DNA of 38,664 nt from the NCBI GenBank assembly GCA_002505685.1, contig DAVT01000069.1, positions 1 to 38,664 of the forward strand. Reading direction: 5' to 3'. Below are positions 27,603 to 36,274 of the stretch, piece by piece. Made by a program: the position numbers and the translations under genes. The notes beneath the pieces are model-generated. The model worked only from the letters and a program-made list of their open reading frames with translations, did not search any database and was not told where the DNA came from. Every line of letters begins with the position of its first letter. Position 1 is the stretch's first letter. The stretch comes from Euryarchaeota archaeon UBA501. GTDB taxonomy: Archaea > Thermoplasmatota > Poseidoniia > Poseidoniales > Thalassarchaeaceae.

Positions 27603-30600
27603 CTATTCCCAGCCCTCATCTTCTTCATCTTCGTACCACTCTTCTTCATCCTCTTCCTCATATTCTAACTCTTCATCATACAAGCTTGATGAACCCGAGA
27701 GAGAGGTTTTCCATGTGATAGTAGCAATGACTGGAAGTAGAATCAAGGCGAACATCACTCCGATAACAGTCAGAGGATTCTGACGCCATGAATCCACCCA
27801 TCCAAGTCCCCAAGAGTACTCAACAGCAATTCCGGCGGACATTGAATTTCCTTCTTCATCAACCTCAACCACTTCATTTTCAGCATCAACGATTACGGTT
27901 ACACGATCAATTCCTTCTTCCGCAGTCCAAGTAGTTGTGATTCGGTGCTCACCATCTCCAGGTAAGCCGATAACTCTGGTCGTGTGAATTAGACCATTCT
28001 CGGTGACAAAGTGAACTGCAAATGAGGATTCCGTGACCCCCCCTACATTTGCAATAATCGCCACGATTTCAATTTCAGCGCCTTCCCCTACAGTATCTTG
28101 ACTGAGTGTAACACTCTTGACGATTAGTTCTGCAACGGTGGCGCCAAGTCGTACCCATGCCAGATCTTGATCACCGTCTAAGTCCTCACGTTCTCGAACA
28201 GGATCACTTTCTGTATTTGCAGTCATGGGGAATTCATTTCCAGCAGCATCGTGACCAGTAACCCAAAATCCTACGCGATATCCACTTCGTGGTGTAACCA
28301 ACCCTTCGCTGGTCAAATCAACTTCACCAATCCATTCTAGCAGAGTACCATTCAATTGCATGGCTAGAGGTGATTGGCCTGCAGCAATAGTTCGTGTATC
28401 ATCACGCATTACCCAATTGACCCATTGCGGAGACTGTCCAAATCCTGCACATCGGTCGTCCCCATCCCGCAATACACATTCCTCCCAGCCAGAAAATCGT
28501 ACAGGAACTGAGGTCAAATCGGAGGCAGTAGAGATGTCTATGACGTCTACTGGAGAGAGTCGGTGATGGACGCGTGGAGGTGTGTGGTCAACTTGCAATT
28601 GCAGTGTAGTTGCAACCGTGTCACGCGTCATATCCTCGCCGCGCCCCGGAACATTCCTGACACCGGTCAGGAAGGTTCGGGATTCCGCACTTTGCAGTGT
28701 AGAGGCTGCAGTGAGTGGGACTTCAATACTGAAACCTCCATCATCTGAAAGACTACCATCTGACCAATATTGAACTCCATCAAAGACTTCCACTGTAATT
28801 CCCAGGTCGTTTGGAGCAGGCGTGTTACTACCTTCATAGACAACGCGTCCCGACCAACGTAATCGATCGTCAGGCCGAACCGGTGTCGCATCATCTAGTG
28901 GACCGGTTCGGGGTTCTGCTACATCCTCTACTACGTAGGTAGATGCATCTAGAACCAAATCGTTCTCCACGCTGAATGTATGGTCAATGAATTCAATTCT
29001 AGTTGGTTCTAAAGAACCCAACTCTTTGTATTCCAATGCCAAATCTGAAACATCTTCATCCGGCCAATCCCAAGAGAATTGGAAGTCGAAATTTGTGTGT
29101 ATCCATGGCAATCCAGTATCATTCGTCGTTACAACAGCCGAACTTCCGGGTAGCAGTGTGATAAATTCACTCTCTGAACTCCAAACATCGGTTCTTCCAT
29201 TGTATGATATTCTTTGCTGGTCACGTTCGGGATCAGGTCCTTCAAAATCAAAGATGAGTGAGATGTATTCAAAATCAATTATACCGTTTGCATCAACCAA
29301 ACCAACTGAGATTGATTGGTCAGTACCACTATACACATCATCTCCATCTTCGTGATTTTCCCAATTCAATCCGGTGAATACAGAAGACATGTCCTTTCGT
29401 GTTAGATAGGTGGTCAAGTCATATGCAAAACCGGGACCATCATTGCCTACAATCAAGTTTCCAGCAGGGTCGTGTCCGGAAACATAGTACGAAACCCTAG
29501 CCATGTTTGGGTTACGAGAATCATCGATCATACCGAAGAAAATCTTCTCGACATCGTCGGTGTAATTTGTCATGATTTGTGCGACGTATTCTTCTTCATC
29601 GGGTTCTCCATTTCGATTTTGATCATGATCAGCTTCAACCCAATAATTGAGAGTCAAGGATTCAGGATGGCCCACATCATCTGAAATTGTAATTGCGATT
29701 TGTTGCGCTGACGAACTCGCTTCATAGTCACCTTCAGCAGGCCATGCATCAATAATTTCAGGAGGAGAGCCATCAATCCTCAATGTACGCATCCATGATT
29801 CATTGGTTGGCATCACCTTGCTAGCATCCCGTACATTGTATGCCTGCACTTCGTATGTGACACCTTCAGGGATATCCATATCGGGCACTGCAATTGAGAT
29901 GAAGAATGTTCCATTCGGATTTGAGTTATCCTTCCATGAAGATGCGGTGAAATCACCTTGAGCATCCTTTCGCGCGACACGTACATCGAAAACCGAGTTG
30001 AGGGGTGCATCTTGAGAACCATCAAACCACATTTGTCCTTGGAAGTGAACGGTTTCTCCGGCGACAACCCAATCGTTATTCTGCACATCATCATTCACGA
30101 CTTCCCCTTCCACGTCGTGGATGGTGAACCATCCCAAGCCATACGATTGATTCACTCGAATTCCATTTCCATTACCGAATGAAGACAAGAATGCAGGAGT
30201 GGTCCCTGTATCATCTGTACAGCTCACGCGCCACCCCACATTTTCTTGTTCGGGGAAATCGTCGGTAACCCTGAACATCCAATGAATCTCAAAAATTCCA
30301 TTGGAAATGTTGGTCCATGTGCGACTTTGGTCTGGAATAATCCAATCTTCAGGATCATCATCAACCAGTGTCCCATCACTTGCCCAAGTGAGTTTGGGTG
30401 CATATGAACTCGGCGAGGCGATAAACATCAATTCAGCGTTGGTTATTGTGGCTGCGTTGTCTCCGATGACATGTCTTGTCACCACCTCATACGATTGAGA
30501 GCGTTCATGTAAAACCATATTTTCATCAAAATTGATGTCCAAATTGACTGTAGCCATGGTATATTCAATCGTCATCGATGTAATCTTGACCTTACCTGCA

Positions 30601-32738
30601 GATGCAGATCCCACTTTGACCCCAATCACTTCTGTCCCACTATTTGTGCCTGGGACGATACAATTGAATGCATCACGGAGGTCGTAATTTGGGGCAGAAT
30701 CTCGGGCAATAGTTGTTCCGATTAAGACTCCATCATATTCCCATTCATATCCACCCACAGTGCATGATGTTGGGGTGCTTGGGTCAGCATCAAAGATATC
30801 GATTTTCACATCTCTAGGTGCATTGGTATAGGTGGCTAGGTTGATATCAAACAGGGTCGGAGTATACTGATTACCACTCCCAGCATCCAAATCGACACAG
30901 AAGGCCATTGATGTAGAAGATGGAGTAAATGATACGGTCGCACCCGAGGAGGGGACGTTGACGCGAGTTCCACCCGTACAACCTGTTGAACCTATTCGGA
31001 AATATACATCCACACTACTGCCTCCGGGCGTAGATGCATTCCACCAAACAGACGCTGCAACGGGTGCAACACCTTGTGATGATGATCGATACCATCTAAG
31101 CTGGCCCGTTGAAACATATGTGCTAACATAACTCAACCCTACCGTGTCCAGAATAGGGGCCTCTGTTGAGGTACCATTCAACCATGCACGCCAAGCCAAT
31201 TGATTTCCAGCATTAGCAAAGGTGATTGTTTGGCCGACACTATTGACCCGTTTCCATGTGGTCCCACCATCATTCGTGACCTCAAAATCAACAGAAGTCC
31301 CGGTGGGCTCCCAAGTGAGGGCTAAACTCAGAGTGAGTTCGGTAATTGTACTTGCAAGAGTTGTTGTGCTAGATGTAATCGTAGCACCTGTTGAAGATGG
31401 TGTACCCATCCAACCTGTTGCACCTACTCCCCGCATCTTGATTTTTCTAAGGGTGGTTGAACTCGGACAGTAAGAATTGATTGTGCCATACAAGCAGGTT
31501 GTCGCCAATTCACCATCGATATTCTCAAGGCCCATGGTTGCGTATGAACTTGGATATTCGCCCTGCAATTCAGGCCAATTTGACCTTTGATGATAGACGT
31601 TCATCCACGATACTCGATTGCTATCGCAGTAGTATGTGTATGCATAGTAGTAACAGTGAACATTGACTGAGATTCTCGGCATGTTCACATCCAGTCCAGC
31701 AGGCCTTACGTAAGAATTCATATTCGAGAAACCACCAGATGGAGAAATAGTCCCCAACCCCCAATAATTTACAGCAGTGGTGGGTTGATTGCGGTTTACC
31801 TGCCATAGATCCATATCATACGAACTGGTTCCTCGAACCCGCTTGACGATGTACATCTCATTGGTTGACGGGTCGATCGAAACCCCTCCAACTTCAGTCA
31901 TAGTCCATGACCTCTCACACCTGTATACGCCAGAATTGACGGACCACTTCGTAATTGCACCATATGATGTGGTAGTCCAAAATGAGGTCATCCATACCGT
32001 GCCATCTCCATCGCTGGTCGCATCGGTAACGTAGTAGACATTGTTGGATGTACAATTGTTGTATTGAATGGTCGCAGTTCCAGCAGAAACTCCAGTGGTT
32101 GCATTGAATCTTTGAATAGAACTCAGTTGTTGCCCCCCATACTGATTGACACCCACATACCGAATGACATGTATTTCGTCGCCTTGCTTGACAACTGGAC
32201 CCATGTAATTCCATGTGCCTCCAGAAACACTCTTTGTTCTCGTATCACTCATGCCAAGGTATCCAGATTCAGCACTTGAGTAGTGCTGACCAGTCGTGTT
32301 CATACTGCCCCCTGAGGATGAAGCAGCGTCATTCGCGTTATTCATGTCCCAGTACGTCGTTGTTTCAGTAGGACGCAATTCCACTTCGCCATTTCCAACT
32401 TTCACATTTTGTTTGTAGAAATAATACCAACCATACTGATTGAGGTATTGACCTTGCTGACTTGAACCGGTTGTACCCGCACCACCGAAATCAGAGTTTG
32501 TGGTTCGATTCATCCAAGTTGATGTAGATGCAGATCCTTCAATCTCAAATTCGACATTTTGCACATCCGCTCCGTAGGGGAGGGTCACACCCGGTGTAGG
32601 GGAGTCACCTGCTTGACTAAACACATGAGTGTAAGTGGAAGTACCATCGGTAAATTGAGTTTCAGTCACTGCAGATGCAAGTGGTAGGGTGTAGGAAAAC
32701 AAGAGTACAGAGAGAAGGAATATGGCAATTTTTCGCAT
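27603..32738 (-). CDS. Giant (about 1,710 aa) secreted, C-terminally membrane-anchored surface protein (S-layer/adhesin-like, probably glycosylated)
   Basis: Signal peptide MRKIAIFLLSVLLFSYTLPLASA starts at the ATG at 32738. The protein is Ser/Thr/Asn/Gly-rich with many N-x-S/T sequons. It has one C-terminal TM helix (VIGVMFALILLPVIATITW) followed by a roughly 30-aa Glu/Asp tail. The ORF-track start at 32786 adds 16 non-signal residues. Confidence 0.8.
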   Translation of the reverse strand: MRKIAIFLLSVLLFSYTLPLASAVTETQFTDGTSTYTHVFSQAGDSPTPGVTLPYGADVQNVEFEIEGSASTSTWMNRTTNSDFGGAGTTGSSQQGQYLNQYGWYYFYKQNVKVGNGEVELRPTETTTYWDMNNANDAASSSGGSMNTTGQHYSSAESGYLGMSDTRTKSVSGGTWNYMGPVVKQGDEIHVIRYVGVNQYGGQQLSSIQRFNATTGVSAGTATIQYNNCTSNNVYYVTDATSDGDGTVWMTSFWTTTSYGAITKWSVNSGVYRCERSWTMTEVGGVSIDPSTNEMYIVKRVRGTSSYDMDLWQVNRNQPTTAVNYWGLGTISPSGGFSNMNSYVRPAGLDVNMPRISVNVHCYYYAYTYYCDSNRVSWMNVYHQRSNWPELQGEYPSSYATMGLENIDGELATTCLYGTINSYCPSSTTLRKIKMRGVGATGWMGTPSSTGATITSSTTTLASTITELTLSLALTWEPTGTSVDFEVTNDGGTTWKRVNSVGQTITFANAGNQLAWRAWLNGTSTEAPILDTVGLSYVSTYVSTGQLRWYRSSSQGVAPVAASVWWNASTPGGSSVDVYFRIGSTGCTGGTRVNVPSSGATVSFTPSSTSMAFCVDLDAGSGNQYTPTLFDINLATYTNAPRDVKIDIFDADPSTPTSCTVGGYEWEYDGVLIGTTIARDSAPNYDLRDAFNCIVPGTNSGTEVIGVKVGSASAGKVKITSMTIEYTMATVNLDINFDENMVLHERSQSYEVVTRHVIGDNAATITNAELMFIASPSSYAPKLTWASDGTLVDDDPEDWIIPDQSRTWTNISNGIFEIHWMFRVTDDFPEQENVGWRVSCTDDTGTTPAFLSSFGNGNGIRVNQSYGLGWFTIHDVEGEVVNDDVQNNDWVVAGETVHFQGQMWFDGSQDAPLNSVFDVRVARKDAQGDFTASSWKDNSNPNGTFFISIAVPDMDIPEGVTYEVQAYNVRDASKVMPTNESWMRTLRIDGSPPEIIDAWPAEGDYEASSSAQQIAITISDDVGHPESLTLNYWVEADHDQNRNGEPDEEEYVAQIMTNYTDDVEKIFFGMIDDSRNPNMARVSYYVSGHDPAGNLIVGNDGPGFAYDLTTYLTRKDMSSVFTGLNWENHEDGDDVYSGTDQSISVGLVDANGIIDFEYISLIFDFEGPDPERDQQRISYNGRTDVWSSESEFITLLPGSSAVVTTNDTGLPWIHTNFDFQFSWDWPDEDVSDLALEYKELGSLEPTRIEFIDHTFSVENDLVLDASTYVVEDVAEPRTGPLDDATPVRPDDRLRWSGRVVYEGSNTPAPNDLGITVEVFDGVQYWSDGSLSDDGGFSIEVPLTAASTLQSAESRTFLTGVRNVPGRGEDMTRDTVATTLQLQVDHTPPRVHHRLSPVDVIDISTASDLTSVPVRFSGWEECVLRDGDDRCAGFGQSPQWVNWVMRDDTRTIAAGQSPLAMQLNGTLLEWIGEVDLTSEGLVTPRSGYRVGFWVTGHDAAGNEFPMTANTESDPVREREDLDGDQDLAWVRLGATVAELIVKSVTLSQDTVGEGAEIEIVAIIANVGGVTESSFAVHFVTENGLIHTTRVIGLPGDGEHRITTTWTAEEGIDRVTVIVDAENEVVEVDEEGNSMSAGIAVEYSWGLGWVDSWRQNPLTVIGVMFALILLPVIATITWKTSLSGSSSLYDEELEYEEEDEEEWYEDEEDEGWE

Positions 32739-32752
32739 GTATACTCGTCCTC

Positions 32753-32774
32753 GCCGACTGTCGGCTACGCCGAC
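32753..32774 (-). promoter_or_regulatory. Three-segment inverted/direct repeat in the leader of the giant surface-protein gene
   Basis: The minus-strand RNA reads GUCGGC-GUA-GCCGAC-A-GUCGGC followed by GAGGACGAGUAUAC-AUG. Confidence 0.45.
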
Positions 32775-32792
32775 AACCCGTGCCATTTGATT

Positions 32793-32826
32793 TCAAACTA
32801 TTCCGGACCCGTTAGGGTCCGTTTGA
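32793..32826. promoter_or_regulatory. Extended hairpin in the divergent spacer: inner CGGACCC-GTTA-GGGTCCG, outer TCAAA/TTTGA
   Basis: 7-bp perfect inner stem with a 4-nt loop, plus a 5-bp outer stem across a 6-nt asymmetric bulge. Confidence 0.45.
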
Positions 32827-32898
32827 GGCGAACACTCAACAGTGCCAAGAGTTTCGCGAGGAGCAGCCAGAAGTCATTCTAGCCGGGAAGTGATGTAA

Positions 32899-33693
32899 AT
32901 GAGCAAGTTGTTGACGCCGTTCAAAAGTTGGTGGGAAGGACAAAGAGAACGCCATTTGTTCATCCTAGGGACCCTATCTTTCATCTCATTTTCAATGGTG
33001 ATGTGGTCAATTGTATTCTTCTTCTTCATGGATGGCGCTCAGGTCTCAGATCTTGAGCATCTTCGAACCGGTACTTGGATCGGCTTCTTCGTGGGTGTTA
33101 CCGCTCTGATTTTCGTTGGTCCTGAATTCATTCATTACCAAGGACAGTGGAGTTACTTGATGCAGACGCTGAATACGACTTCACGTGCTGAACTTGGGCG
33201 TGAACGCAAAGAAGCTGAAGAAGCCGCCAAGACCCTTGGGAAAGTTTGGAGTGCGCGCTTGAAAGCACATTACATCGAACATGGTTTGCTGCGTGGCCGT
33301 TCAGTTCCATCCGAAGCTGAAAATTCTGTTCCAGAAGATGTGCTGATTAATTGGTGGGCCACAGACGATTCACGTCTCTCCCGTCTAGTAAACTTGGAAC
33401 TGTTGCGAGAACATTGGTTCAATCGCTCGTTGGCCTTTATTGGTGTAAGCGGGTTTTTGTTGCAATTGTACAACATGTTTTGGGGGATTGCAACTTCAGA
33501 AAATGGGACACGAGAAAACACCCTACACATTTGGGAATATCTCAATGGTTTGTCCCCCGGCTCCTATGCAGCACCGCACTTTGACGATATTTCGGGTTGG
33601 GTGTTATTGCTCCTTACTGCGATGATGATGTGGATGTCATTCCCAGCATCTGGGGAACGACCAGAGTCAACTGTTGCAGAAGAAGAGGAGTGA
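32899..33693 (+). CDS. Membrane protein of unknown function (about 4 TM helices), coupled to the signal peptidase gene
   Basis: Hydrophobic helices at both ends with a charged central segment. The protein ends in VAEEEE, and its stop is 5 nt before the next ATG. Confidence 0.6.
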   Translation: MSKLLTPFKSWWEGQRERHLFILGTLSFISFSMVMWSIVFFFFMDGAQVSDLEHLRTGTWIGFFVGVTALIFVGPEFIHYQGQWSYLMQTLNTTSRAELGRERKEAEEAAKTLGKVWSARLKAHYIEHGLLRGRSVPSEAENSVPEDVLINWWATDDSRLSRLVNLELLREHWFNRSLAFIGVSGFLLQLYNMFWGIATSENGTRENTLHIWEYLNGLSPGSYAAPHFDDISGWVLLLLTAMMMWMSFPASGERPESTVAEEEE

Positions 33694-33698
33694 ACGCC

Positions 33699-34580
33699 AT
33701 GGGCGAGGCATGGTCCTGGATACGGGAGGCCCTGCTCGCCGGTGGGTTGATTGCAGTACTGATTTCAGTTCTCGTTTTGATGACCGGTTCTTGGCCTCCA
33801 ATGGTGGTTATTGAATCCAATTCCATGCAGCACGATGCAAACGGCGAAGTCGGCTCCATTGATGCTGGGGATCTCGTATTGGTGATGGCCGATGAACGAA
33901 AAGACATCATCACATTTGTAGAAGCGACTGAAATTGGAGGGGAATACGACGGCTACGAAAGTCATGGAATGCCAGGTGACGTCATCATCTATCAGAAAAA
34001 TGGAGGTTCTGATACACCGGTTATTCACCGAGCACTTCTCGAAGTCGTGGAAAATCCTTCGGGAGGCTGGGATGTGCCGGGAACAACACTTCAAAATGTA
34101 ACCAGCATCACTTGGACATTTGAGATTCTTTGTCCATATCATGGTGGAGATTACAATCTAAAAATCGAAGATTGGGATCCCGTTCATGCTGGATACCTCA
34201 CCAAGGGCGACAACAATGATTGCATGATTGACCAACCGGCAGCGAATACTCAAAGTCAGGGGCCAGGCCTTTCAGATGAGAATGGAAACCCAGTCCAGAC
34301 TACCAAAGGAGAATGGGTGATTGGAGTTGCTGGAGCAGAAATTCCATGGGTCGGTTCAATCAAACTGGGCCTCTCTGATAACAGTCAATCCGTTCCCGAT
34401 GCTTCATGGTCGAAATTGATTCTTACAGCAATCGTTCTACTGGCAATTCCAGCCATTTGGGAACGGGTTGCAGATCGTGTGATGCAAACAGCGCCAGAGG
34501 TTGCACAAGACCAACTGGAACGGGAATCCTCAGATTTGTTGCGCGATGATGATCAACAACAATCCCATGAAGAGGAATAG
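33699..34580 (+). CDS. Signal peptidase I, archaeal/eukaryotic Sec11 type (S26B)
   Basis: N-terminal TM anchor, Ser box VIESNSMQH, His box TPVIHRAL, LTKGDNN box and a C-terminal TM helix. The ATG at 33699 is preceded by GGAGTGA; the ORF-track start at 33597 overlaps the upstream gene. The protein ends in SHEEE. Confidence 0.85.
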   Translation: MGEAWSWIREALLAGGLIAVLISVLVLMTGSWPPMVVIESNSMQHDANGEVGSIDAGDLVLVMADERKDIITFVEATEIGGEYDGYESHGMPGDVIIYQKNGGSDTPVIHRALLEVVENPSGGWDVPGTTLQNVTSITWTFEILCPYHGGDYNLKIEDWDPVHAGYLTKGDNNDCMIDQPAANTQSQGPGLSDENGNPVQTTKGEWVIGVAGAEIPWVGSIKLGLSDNSQSVPDASWSKLILTAIVLLAIPAIWERVADRVMQTAPEVAQDQLERESSDLLRDDDQQQSHEEE

Positions 34581-36059
34581 GCTACTAAATGACGAAATTT
34601 TCGTAACCGTCATTTCTGTTTTCAAACTGTGAGGGTTTCCCGAAAAACGGTTGAAAAAACCTACAATCACACCCAAGAAATCCTTCATCAAATGCCCTCC
34701 ATCAAATGGGATAATTGGGATGAGGTTGGCCAAACCTAAGCCAACGTTCCACCAAATGAACCAAAACAAGAGTGTAATGATGGCCATTAGAATCGTTGTA
34801 CCTAGAATGTCCCCCAACCATCCATCTGCTTCGATGTATTCCATTTCTTGGGGCATCATGATTTGACCCTCAAAAGTCAGGGGCGCATCAATCAGTACAA
34901 TCGGCTGAATAACCACACCCAATGCATCGACGTACAACGGACGGTCCTGTTCCCAAGCCATGGGCCCCACCAGTCTGTCCATTCCGCTTGAACCACTAGC
35001 CATCCCTGAAACTCCAAGGAATGCATCCTCTTTGTCAATCCCCAAAGCTACTATTTGGTCATCGGTTAGATTTTGCGATTTCATATAATCCCACTTGCTG
35101 GTCAGCGTCACCACAATCACACGTTCTGTGCGTATACCGTCACCATCAGGGTGGCTAAGCACAGTCAAATTGACAGATTCTCCAACACCCTGGGTGCTCA
35201 ACTGCTCGGTCATGTCTGCTGCTGAAGGAACTGGTACATCCTCAAAGTGTGTGATTATTTCCCAAGGCTCCAAACCAGACTCGGCGGCTGCAGAGTCTTC
35301 GATAATTCCACTTGCATGAACACCGGGATTGACAACTGAGAATTGGGTTGCCAAGATGCAAATTAATAACCACGACAAAAATCCAGCATACATGTTGGTC
35401 GCCGGGGCAGCCGCAAACAACCTTGCTCTTTCACGTCGAGGTGCTTTGGTTAATTCTTCAAATTCGGGTTCTACAAATGCACCAGCAGGAAATGGCCCCA
35501 GCATCAGTAGGCCCACTGAACGAACTCGCATTCCGTGCGCTCGCGCCTGTAAAGCATGGGCGAATTCATGGATAATCAAAGCGCCAGCAAAGGCGATTGC
35601 TGGCCACCAGAATGGAATGACAGGACTGACGCCGGGAAATGGAATGAGTTGACTAGCCGGTGCCTCGCTCTTTGGGACACCATAGATTAGTGCAGAACCG
35701 AAAGAAAGTATCAGAAATAAAACGATGAAAACCATGACCAATGAACAGGTCCAAAGGGAAAATTCACCATAAATTCTCCAAAATTTTCGAGGTTTGGCAA
35801 TTTTCTCGATGGTATCTTGACCTCGATTGCTACGCAGCATCAACAGGCCACCAAGTACCCTTGTTGCATTCCATTTGTCGAGTATGCCCCTTCGTTCTAA
35901 TTGACTCAGAATCAGCACCCACAGCCCTATTGCACCAAATGCCCAATGGAACTGTGCAGCAAGAAACGCGCTGATAAAAATCAGGATCAGGGCACGCCTA
36001 TCGCGTGCTGCTCGGGTACCGCTCACACCCTTCCCTCTTCTCGCTTCTTCTTGAACCAT
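34530..36059 (-). CDS. Site-2 protease family (M50) intramembrane zinc metalloprotease with PDZ-like insert
   Basis: HEFAHAL (HExxH) and NLIPIIPFDGGHL (NxxPxxxxDG), with a PDZ-like segment ASGIIEDSAAAESGLEPWEIITHFEDVPV. The first ATG at 36059 is preceded by GAGGT. The reading frame stays open up to a TTG at 36227, so the start is uncertain. Confidence 0.82.
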   Translation of the reverse strand: MVQEEARRGKGVSGTRAARDRRALILIFISAFLAAQFHWAFGAIGLWVLILSQLERRGILDKWNATRVLGGLLMLRSNRGQDTIEKIAKPRKFWRIYGEFSLWTCSLVMVFIVLFLILSFGSALIYGVPKSEAPASQLIPFPGVSPVIPFWWPAIAFAGALIIHEFAHALQARAHGMRVRSVGLLMLGPFPAGAFVEPEFEELTKAPRRERARLFAAAPATNMYAGFLSWLLICILATQFSVVNPGVHASGIIEDSAAAESGLEPWEIITHFEDVPVPSAADMTEQLSTQGVGESVNLTVLSHPDGDGIRTERVIVVTLTSKWDYMKSQNLTDDQIVALGIDKEDAFLGVSGMASGSSGMDRLVGPMAWEQDRPLYVDALGVVIQPIVLIDAPLTFEGQIMMPQEMEYIEADGWLGDILGTTILMAIITLLFWFIWWNVGLGLANLIPIIPFDGGHLMKDFLGVIVGFFNRFSGNPHSLKTEMTVTKISSFSSLFLFMGLLLIIIAQQI

Positions 36060-36274
36060 CGGGCGAGACCTCAAGTCTGAAGCCTCCCTCGCAAGGTTAT
36101 GGTCGACGCAGTGGACGCACGACGAACCCAGCGCCGAGTCAATACTTTGCTTCGCGATCGGGATGCAATTCGCCGAATGCTGGAACAGGCTGCTTATGAG
36201 AGATTGAGCCGTGATGTGGGCCGCCAAAGAGTGGCCATCGACAAACTAGAGGCATTGATGTCTGGTGAAGATGT

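Noticed and set aside
27603-27640. The C-terminal ...EDEGWE of the giant protein resembles the EDWGE-type tail of LysW/ArgW amino-group carrier proteins.
   Set aside because: The context is wrong: this is a 1.7-kaa membrane-anchored protein with no lysX/argX-type ligase nearby. The similarity is limited to a few acidic residues and a Trp.
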